A stretch of 64,000 nt of DNA. It comes from the human T2T-CHM13v2.0 reference genome, Homo sapiens. The DNA lies in the NCBI RefSeq assembly GCF_009914755.1, contig NC_060934.1. One strand, given 5' to 3'. Made by a program: the position numbers and the translations under genes. Each line of letters begins with the position of its first letter. The first letter of the stretch is position 1. The notes under the pieces were generated by a model, which saw only the letters and a list, made by a program, of their open reading frames with translations, was not told the DNA's origin and made no database searches. This document shows, in pieces, positions 1-9,596 of this stretch.

Positions 1-832
1 TAGAGATGTGATTGCAGTTTCTCTGAGAAATAATTTCTTGCATTGCAGGGTTGCATATTGAAGTTGGCCAGAAATAAATTTAGCTTCTTAATGCATACAT
101 CACTTTTACAAGACCTCTTTATTCTGAAATAGCAAGTGGCATGTGTGAACTATATTTGGAAGCTACAATATCCATCCATTTAGATAAATAGGTAATTACA
201 GTGATGAATAGCAGCTGTGATATTAAGGCGCATACAGCGAGATAAGAGTTAGGGACAACAGCCTAAGTCGGCCTCAGCTTTCATGTGGGAATTACAGAGT
301 GATTAAATCGATGTTATGTGTTCTGCGACTTGCTAGGGAAAAGTAAAGAACAAAAATTATCCCATAAAAAGGAGGCAGCTTCTGCTTTGATGTTTGCTTC
401 CCATTGTCTCTAAGATAGAAAACGCAGAGGAGTGGGCTGGTAGTATATGTACCTGCTTTAATCCTGGCAGCGGCCTACATCCCCTGTGTCTATGACTTCA
501 TCAGATTACAGAGCTAATGATGGGTTGAACTTCTTTCATTGGAACCCATAACAGGTCTTTTTAGAGGGTTATAAAGGCATGGATAAAAGAGCAGTGAATT
601 AGGAGTTGAATGAAACATCTATGTCTATTATAGCTCTAATTCACCAGTGACTGTAGGCATGCCTCTTTCTGTCTCTCACTCTCCTCTCCAGAATAAGCAA
701 ATATTACCATCTATAGTTGTCTCTCAGTATACATAGGAGAATGGTTCTAGGACTTCTGATATACCAAATCTGTGCATCTTCAAGTCCTGCAGTTGGCCCT
801 GCAGAACCTGCATGTAAGAAGTTGGGCCTCTG

Positions 833-1030
<198 letters not shown>

Positions 1031-1128
1031 AAGTAGTTGGGCCTCTGTATATGCAGGTTTCACATCCTGTGAATACTGTATTTTCCATCCACATTTTGTT
1101 GAAAAAATCCACATAGAAGTGGATCTGC

Positions 1129-1431
1129 GGCCAGGCGCGGTGGCTCACGCCTGTAATCCCAGCACTTTGGGAGGCCGAGGTGGGCGGATCACGAGGTCAG
1201 GAGATCGAGACCATCCTGGCTAACACGGTGAAACCCCGTCTCTACTAAAAATACAAAAAATTAGCCGGGCGAGGAGGCGTGCGCTTGTAGTCCCAGCTAC
1301 TCAGGAGGCTGAGGCAGGAGAATGGCGTGAACCCGGGGGGGCGGAGCCTGCGGTGAGCCGAGATCGCGCCACTGCACTCCAACCTGGGCGACAGCGAGAC
1401 TCAGTCTCAAAAAAAAAAAAAAAAAAAAAAA
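1129..1431 (+). mobile_element. Full-length young AluY (AluYe-like)
   Basis: CpG-rich; AluY diagnostics; gcgagg, cccgggggggcggagcctg and gacagcgagac variants; pure A tail; TSD aagtggatctgc at 1117-1128 and 1432-1443. Confidence 0.93.
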
Positions 1432-1458
1432 AAGTGGATCTGCTTAATTCAAAACTGT

Positions 1459-1710
1459 CCGCATGTTCTCACTCATAGGTGGGAATTGAACAATGAGAAC
1501 ACATGGACACAGGAAGGGGAACATCACACACCTGGGCCTGTTGTGGTGTCGGGGGAGGAGGGAGGGATAGCATTAGGAGATATACCTAATGTTAAATGAC
1601 GAGTTAATGGGTGCAGCACACCAACATGGCACATGTATACATGTGTAACTAACCTGTACGTTGTGCACATGTACCCTAAAAGTATAAAACAAAACAGAAC
1701 AAAACAAAAA
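1459..1710 (+). mobile_element. L1PA 3'-end fragment with (AAAAC)n tail
   Basis: L1 ORF2 end and 3' UTR (gttctcactcataggtgggaattgaacaatgag ... gtaccctaaa); TSD caaaactgt at 1450-1458 and 1711-1719. Confidence 0.92.
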
Positions 1711-1923
1711 CAAAACTGTATAGTTCAAGGGTCAACTGTACTTCCTTGGTTTCACAAGGCCCCAAGGGCTGTGAGAACCAAATCGATAAATATTTTTCAC
1801 TATCTTATCCCTAATTGAACCATGGTGACTTTTTACCTATTGACCTTGTCCTTGGTTTCTTACCCCATGAGGGAGCATCATTGCATGTCATGTCACCCCA
1901 TGCATCCTGTCTTATTTTTTCAG

Positions 1924-2023
1924 ATTGTAGAAACACTGTTTAATGCTCTCAACCAAAATTTGGTCCAGTTTGAGCTGAAGCCGGGGGTACAAGTCATTGT
2001 GTATGTCACACAGCTGACGTTAG
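1924..2023 (+). CDS. SORCS3: SORCS3 internal coding exon (IVETLFNALNQNLVQFELKPGVQVIVYVTQLTL), end of luminal region
   Basis: Acceptor ttatttttcag| before 1924; donor G|gtgagt after 2023; 100 bp, phase 0 to 1; peptide recognised as SORCS3; joins next exon in frame. Confidence 0.95.
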
Positions 2024-3040
2024 GTGAGTGCCACTGGGAACTGGGGAAATGGGAAAGAGGATCTGTTATCCCAGAGAGAAAAGGAGGAGAGAATCATGAA
2101 ACCCTGCTGCATAATGTCTGAAAGTGGCTTTGTAGAAGGGTCCTTTTTGTAGTTATGGTTCAGAAGGATTGGTCACATCAGTCACATTGTTCTGAAGGCA
2201 TCCTGCAAGAAGACTTTCTTAGGAGTAGCTTTGCCATTGAATCCCTAGACGGTCTCGGAGAAAACCTACAATTTACTTGGGTCTTAACCTTATTCGTTTG
2301 TTTGTTTGTATATTTCTTTATTTTGTCTGTGACAGTTGGGATTATATTGGACAGTCCTCTAGCTCTCTTCATTCATTCGATTATCTGATTTTATGAATCT
2401 TGGATGGTAGGCCACAGAACTTTAAAACTCCCTTCTAGTTTACAATGTGTGAGTCAAAGTAGAAACAGGAACAAACTCTAGTTGGCTTATTTGTGAAAAA
2501 ATCTAAAAAGGCATGTCCCATTGGGCATCTACTTTGGGCTCTCTGGGAAAGCCTGTTTATTAAATGGTTCTTAATAATGTAAGACTTTTCCAAGGTGTAG
2601 GTCACAAATGTGCCCATCCAGTGGGTTTTTATCAGAACAGTGTAAAGGAAGAGAATGAAACACTGCATTAGTACTTAACCCAAAATTTCAAATGGGCTCC
2701 CTGTAATTATGGTGACAGGCATGCAGCCTATCTAAGAGAAAGAGCACTGGAGCCCTTATTCCACTCCCCTGAGCTGGACATACGTTGTTCAATTTATACC
2801 AAGAACTAGCAAGTTTCCCCAGGCTGAACAGAGAAGTTTACTTTCCCTAAGAAGCTGTACTCAGGTGCCATTGCCATCATTGAAGCCAGACTTTCTGCAC
2901 CCAGATATCAGGCAGGGGAATTGGAGACTAGACATAAGGATGGAGATCAGTGGCCTCCTTCCTGCAATGAATACTCCCTCCAGCTAACAGCTTCCAAGTG
3001 AGCATATCTGTTCTTTTCCTTATCTGTTCTTCTTTCCAAG

Positions 3041-3146
3041 CTCCATTGGTGGACTCCAGTGCTGGGCACAGCAGCTCAGCCATGCTTATGCTATTATCAG
3101 TGGTATTTGTTGGCCTGGCTGTGTTTTTGATCTACAAGTTTAAAAG
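3041..3146 (+). CDS. SORCS3: SORCS3 transmembrane exon (APLVDSSAGHSSSAMLMLLSVVFVGLAVFLIYKFKR)
   Basis: Acceptor tctttccaag|, donor AG|gtatgt; hydrophobic helix followed by basic stop-transfer KFKR; phases 1 to 2 match neighbours. Confidence 0.96.
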
Positions 3147-5385
3147 GTATGTCCTATTATCACTCAATTTAGTAGTGGGGTTGGGGTCATTGCAAATGAT
3201 TCTTCCTATAACTAACTTTACTAAACTCATCGCAAGAATGTGATTTTTAATTCTCCTTGAACTTCTGTTTGACAATGGGTAAAAGCAAGAATGGTTGAGG
3301 GTCATGGATTAAATGGGTTTGAGACTCTGAACTCTATCTATTATGATTTATAGGTGTAATGAGTTAGGTAAATAAAGACTGGCCAATGAAATCAATTTAT
3401 TATCTTCAAGAGAAGTGTAAGGGGTTTTCAAACCTCAATCAAACTTCTAAAGTAAGGTCTTATATATTCAGAAGATGTTTTTATATGGATCAACATCCAT
3501 TCAGGTGGTTAAATAGGGAAAATGCAACTAAAATTTGATACATACATGTACAGACACCGATGCATTTTTTTACCTCCTGTTGCAGCTATTCAGCATCTCT
3601 CTTTAAATTTGCATGCTAAAGATATTCAACTACCATCCCTCTCCCTCTTTTTCCTATTCTAAAGAGAAATTGATTAGGAGAACAAAACTCCACATGTCTT
3701 GAGAAATTATTTTTGAAAGCCACAGAAGGGGTGGTATAACAAGATACTTATTAGAAACGTAAAATTGAAATCAATAATTTTGTACTAACATTCAAATTAT
3801 AACTTCTACTAGGATGTATACTAATTAAGAGTATAAACTCTGAAATAAGATCCAATTTTAACTTTTAGCGTTTGTAACCTTGGGCAATTGTTATTTGCCT
3901 CTCTAAGTCTTAATTTCTTCACTGGTAAAATGAGAATAGCAATAATATTTTATAGGTTTGCTATATGATTTAAATGTCATAGTGTGTGTAGGTGCTACGA
4001 ACTAAGTAATCAAAAAAGCTATGCTATTATAAATAACAAAGCACATGCCTGCCAAAGATGCCCTCTGTGCCATAAACTGTCACATAATAGGCCCTCAGAA
4101 ATTTTATCAGTGGCCTAGAAATGTGCTCCCTGGGAAGCCTGGGTAAAGTAAAAATGTCATTAATTATTGTCAGATGAGTTTGAAAGCCTCCTTTAGTCCT
4201 GGAGTCTTTCCAGGAACTAAAGATAATGCTTTTAGGTTTTGGTAGAGATCAGTGGTAAAGGTGCTTGACTCTTCCTGCCCCCCTTCTTCCTGCTTATCTC
4301 TCCTTTAGTGGCTATTTCATTTTCTTAAAAACACCAGTTTAATTCAGTATACCTCTCAGCATTAGCCGCAGCAGCAGGAATTCTATCAACACCCTCCACG
4401 CTCTCTAGAAGGACAGAGTGAGATTCACCTTCCTACTCAACTTGTAGACCAGTATGTGAGTTCATGTCCTCTTGGATCAAGATGTGTTAACCCACATACC
4501 CCTGTTCCCTTTGAAGGGTGGATAAAACCTTTATGTCACAAAGTGAGAAAAGGTTCAATATAGAAACAGCCTGGTTAAGGCAACACCCATTTATTTATAG
4601 ATGTACTTCAATTATATGCAAAGAACATTTCACTTTTCACTCAGCCAAGAATTTGATTGTGAGGAAGCCTGGTGGTTGCTGGGCGTGACAATCAACTAAA
4701 CCAAATGTCTCATCTCTGACTCCCAGAGCAGCATAGTTGCTGAGGACAAGGGCCAATAGAAGTCCTGTAAAGAGTCTTTTGTGGCTTTTGTGTCAGGTGG
4801 ATCCAAAGTAAGGATACTTAAGGATCACTTATACTGTGACTTGGAAAACTTCTTTTTTTGTTTTGTTTTCTTTTTATAAATGCTGTTAAACTCCTTAGAC
4901 GGTCAACTTACTAATGTAGGCATCTTTAGATGTATACACTTTAATAATGAATCCATACCAGGTAATGACATCTCTAAAAAATTCTACCTTTGTAGTTCCC
5001 AGGTATCAGCCCACCTTTTCTGTGTCCCTGACAGTGAGTCATGCAGCTGAGGCCACAGGAAATAAACTCCAATCAAACTGGACAATAGCAGCATCAGTTA
5101 ACAGTAACTAGTCATCAGTTAACCTTTACTTTTCTGGCTCCTTTTCCTGGAAGTTTTACTCCCAATGCTTAAGCCCTTTGGTTGAAATTCTGTGGGATTT
5201 TCTTTTATTTTTTTGGTCTCTTTTCCCCACTCATCACATGGAACCCCAGTAATGGCAACATGGAGTGTACCTGGCTCACAACAAGTACGTAGGTCAGGTT
5301 CCTAGCCCTGGATTCCCAAAGTCTCCTTTGCTTCTTTCATTACTATCCAATAGAACTTTGGCAATGTTTAAAATGCTCTATCATC

Positions 5386-5508
5386 AGTACTGTTTAATAC
5401 AGTAGCCAGTAGTCTGACTGAGGAACTGAATTTTAATTATACTTAACTTTAATTAATTAAGTGTAAACAGCAACACCTGGCCATTAAACGCTCTGTTGAG
5501 CAGCACAG
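5386..5508. mobile_element. MER3-like hAT DNA transposon remnant
   Basis: ctgaggaactgaattttaatt core with degenerate inverted ends. Confidence 0.5.
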
Positions 5509-7604
5509 TTTAGTGTAAAGACATTTCTGTTTCTGTGTCCAGATCATTGGCCATACTGAGTTTCCAGATCCAAAGCTTCCTCTCTGTAATTGCCAGTATT
5601 AACACATTAAGACATTCATTCATCCTACAAACATTTATTGAGTACTTCCTGTGTTCCAGGCACTGGAAATGATCTCAGTATCCCAAGTGGTCACTTGACA
5701 TAGAAAAAGAGAATAGAATTACTATGAGCCTCAAGCTTCCTTTAAATGAGTATCACCTGGCCTCTCGCAGGCTCTCTTGCTCTTGGATAGTGACTGCTAT
5801 TTTCTTATATCTCAAGTAATGTAATTAAAAATCATCATGAGATGGCTTTTCTTTCTGAAGACTGCCTAACAAGAATTTCTTTCCATAACTGAAGATCTGC
5901 TTTTTCTCTATCCAGGAAAACATTTGAGCTTCTATATTCCTTCCACTGTTTTTTTAGGAGGGCTTTCCTTATAGTCCAAAGCCCACTTTGCTTTCTCTAA
6001 ATTTCCTCCTACAGGCTTCTAACACTCATAATAGATGGATAAATAGATACAAACTGCAGTTGGGTTTTGTTTTTTGTTTTTAGAGGGAGACTTGAGCCTA
6101 TCCATATTACTCCTCTTATTTAAACCTGTATGAATGTTGGTCCAAGACATATCTCTTGATCTCTTCATTTCCCACATTCCTTGTATGCAGAAGTGGAGTT
6201 CAGACTTATATTCTCAACAGTCCTACAAGCGGATGTGTTAAGAAATGAAAAGCAACTTGACAAATTTTTAAAATTATGCAAATTGAGATACAAAATTTAT
6301 TCTCTTCCAACCATCGATTGCAAAAAGATGAAAAATATGCCAGTTTTTAGATGTGTTATTTGGAAATTGAAATAAAGCGAATAATCTCTATAAGGGCAAG
6401 TTTATCCAAATCCTCATAGGTATTGTGAGAAAAGCAGGAAAGGGGAGGCAGTTGACTCTGGTTACAACTGTGAAGTACACAGGCTTATGTGATCAGGAAT
6501 GGTTTAACCACCCCCAGACCTAATAAATATTACGGTTGATCCCAACCTTCATGAGCAATATGTACTTTTATGATTGGGAGGAATCTCAGTTATTAGACTG
6601 TATTTTCATTTATATAAAAAGGAATATAAAGGCCAGCATTAATTTTTAATTATACCACATTTAGAGAGCCTAGTGTGCTGCCTCACATGGATGCTGTTCA
6701 CTTTGGGTTCTTGTAAATTATATTAAACTGGCTTAGACCAGTAGGGGTCATGGGGACACCTCCTTTAGTGTATGGAAAGCAAACATTAAAGACATGAAAA
6801 CTGAATGTAAAAAATAATTAGAAGCAACTAAGTGTTTTAAACCTATTTTCAGATTTTTTCTTCTGAATTAGCTGCAGGAAACCCGTATTAAGTGCTTCCA
6901 CATTTCGCATCATTTGGAGTTGGAGCAGATAGGGGAATGTAGAAGCTTGAGAATACCACTGCTTGGCACAAGGACAACAAAGTGATTTTCCTTTAGAGTT
7001 GCATGGGATGTCCTGGATTAGGATGGGTGTCCGATGTCCCAAGTTTCAGTGATATCTATGCTAGTAATTGGCTTTGTGAAATGTCTAGACATTAGTCTAA
7101 TTTTCCCATCCTTTGATGAGGTAAGAGGGGTCTCTTCTAGAAGTGATATTCTAAAATAAAAATATAATCTTTTTATTGACAAATATAGTATAGTAAAGTA
7201 GAAAGAGCACAGGATTTAAGGTAATTTATTCATTGATTCAAAAAATGCTTAATAAATGTTAACCATTTGCCAAACACTGTGCTAAGTCGTGTGGATAGCA
7301 GAGAGGATAGAAAACATAGACCTTGCCTACATGGGGCTGTTAGTATAGTGGGACAGAAAGACAGAAAACAAGTCAATAAACATTGCCTATTACATCACCC
7401 TAAACCAACACCATATTTATTTCTTACATAGGCAGTGTTGCATCGTTTCATGTTTATAATGGAAAGTTGGATAGTCAGGGGAAGCCTCTCAGAGACGACA
7501 TGTAAGCCAAGCTCTGAGAAGAGCAGAGGGCAGTGTGTTACAGGCAGAGGGAACAGTTGGTTCTAAGTCCCCAAGATGTTGAAGAGCTGCTTCTATTAGA
7601 GTCT

Positions 7605-7774
7605 TGTAACTCAAAATTTGGGTCTCCAACTGATGAACAGCATCAGCATCACCTGGGAGCTTGGCAGAATTGCAGAATCTCAACCCATCCAGTCCAGACT
7701 TACAGAGCCACAATTCACATTTTAAGGAAGACTCTGGGTGATGCTTAAGCCTGTTAATGTTTGAGAAGCCCTGG
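7605..7774. mobile_element. MER5A within L2 remnants
   Basis: cagcatcagcatcacctgggagcttg ... gtttgagaagccctg. Confidence 0.7.
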
Positions 7775-8552
7775 ATTAAAGGAATGCAAAGGAGTTTCCC
7801 GAGGCTGGAACACACAGTGTGTGAGGAGATAATGAAGATGGGTCAGAAGATGAATGCCTCAAGAAGATTTCAGTGTGAAGCCGCTCACTTCTCCAACCCC
7901 AAGCTAGTCTGCCTTGCGTTTCCAAATCCCACCTACTATGTTTCTGTCTTTGAATAGAGCTATTTAGCTTCTCTTAATCCTTAATCATCTCCAAAATCCA
8001 AAAAGAAACTATTGTCATCCCCATTGAACAGATGAGGAAACTATCCAAGTATTTAAGGTACTTATCCCATAAGTGATGCTCTGAAAATTGTAGCAAAAGC
8101 TATGAATCTATTATTTCTTGACTATTTATTTTAAAAAAGCCAATGTGGATTGATTAAATTGATGCAACCTTAGAAATAGGTGTCTTTTCACTCTGTACAC
8201 ACTTAGAGTTTCAAAGTCTAGCTCCTTTAAAAACTTAATACCAGGTAAATATTTATAGGGTTTTATTATCTAACTGCCTTTTTGTTTATACCTTCTTGTT
8301 TTTTACCCACAGGAAAAGGTGCATTCCTCAGGGAGTTCTATGGTTTACATCTTCCCTGGGCATCTGGGTTCCTAGCTGGCTTTGTGTTCCTTGACCTTGT
8401 AGCCTCATTGTCTCTGGGGTTACCAATATCTTTCCCTGACATGGACCCTTCCTATTAATAGCTTCTTCCTCCCCTTATCCCCCAGGATTTCCAGCTGCCC
8501 AAGTTTGGCACACCCTGTGATCTTAACCTGATTTTGCTCCTGTCCCATGTAG

Positions 8553-8713
8553 GAAAATCCCTTGGATTAACATCTATGCTCAAGTCCAACACGACAAGGA
8601 GCAGGAGATGATTGGGTCAGTGAGCCAAAGTGAAAACGCCCCCAAAATCACACTCAGTGACTTTACGGAGCCTGAGGAGCTGCTGGACAAAGAGCTGGAC
8701 ACGCGGGTCATAG
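8553..8713 (+). CDS. SORCS3: SORCS3 cytoplasmic-tail exon (KIPWINIYAQVQHDKEQEMIGSVSQSENAPKITLSDFTEPEELLDKELDTRVI)
   Basis: Acceptor tgtcccatgtag|, donor G|gtacat; 161 bp; contains YAQV (YxxPhi) and EPEELL (dileucine-type) sorting motifs. Confidence 0.95.
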
Positions 8714-9039
8714 GTACATGCTCCTGCTCCACTAAGCTCCCCTGTTCTGTGTCCTCTAAACACTGGCCTGCTTCATCTGTCCCCCATACATTACTGGACT
8801 GGAGGGTGGGGACAAACAACTACCTACAGTGACAGAATCATGTTTGAAATTTGTCTGCCACCTCTGGCCACAGGAAATTGGCAGATATTTTTCCCCTTAG
8901 AAGTTAATCAGGATTGGAAATACTGGAGTCTGAGTGGGTTAGGGATGAAGCCAACTATCCATTACTGACGGGCTTTTACTTCTTTTTCTATAAAGCAAAA
9001 GTATTATATGTCCTTACTAATGATTACATGAATGTGGAA

Positions 9040-9280
9040 TCTGGCATCAGATAGCCCTGGATCCATTTTTCTTGCTCTGCTAATCTACTACATCTGTGAC
9101 CTCTCTGTGCCTCAAATTCCTGATCGGTGAAATGGGAGTAGTAGTACTTATGATTCATTTCTATTTCTGTGTAGTACCTAAAAAAAACAATTCTAAGACT
9201 GTTGTGATAATGACCTGCTGTTATGTCATTAGCCCAGTGCCTGCCACATAGTAAGTTTCAATACACATTGGCTGTTACTG
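9040..9280 (+). mobile_element. MIR remnant in last SORCS3 intron
   Basis: ctgtgacct-ctctgtgcctca ... tgaaatggg ... agtgcctgccacatagtaag. Confidence 0.6.
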
Positions 9281-9531
9281 TTGTTATCAATAGAATATAA
9301 GATAGCAGTCAATGTCTTGATCCCACCTGTGGGCTAGTGTGGGAGGTAGCATGTTAAACATGGATGACATAAGTCAGTGAGCTGATAGGTAACGATATCC
9401 GGGTGCCTTTTAAATAAATTCCTATTAAGCACCTGTTCTGGGTGGCTTGGTATTTAGCAGTGAATAAAACTAAGATCCCTGCCCTTGTGGAACTCACATC
9501 CATTTCTCCCTGTGTCTTCTCTTCTCTGCAG

Positions 9532-9596
9532 GAGGCATTGCCACTATTGCAAACAGCGAAAGCACAAAGGAGATCCCCAACTGCACTAGTGTTTAA
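9532..9596 (+). CDS. SORCS3: SORCS3 terminal coding exon (GGIATIANSESTKEIPNCTSV*)
   Basis: Long pyrimidine tract ending ctctgcag|; in frame to TAA at 9594-9596; C-terminal T-S-V is a class I PDZ-binding motif. Confidence 0.95.
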
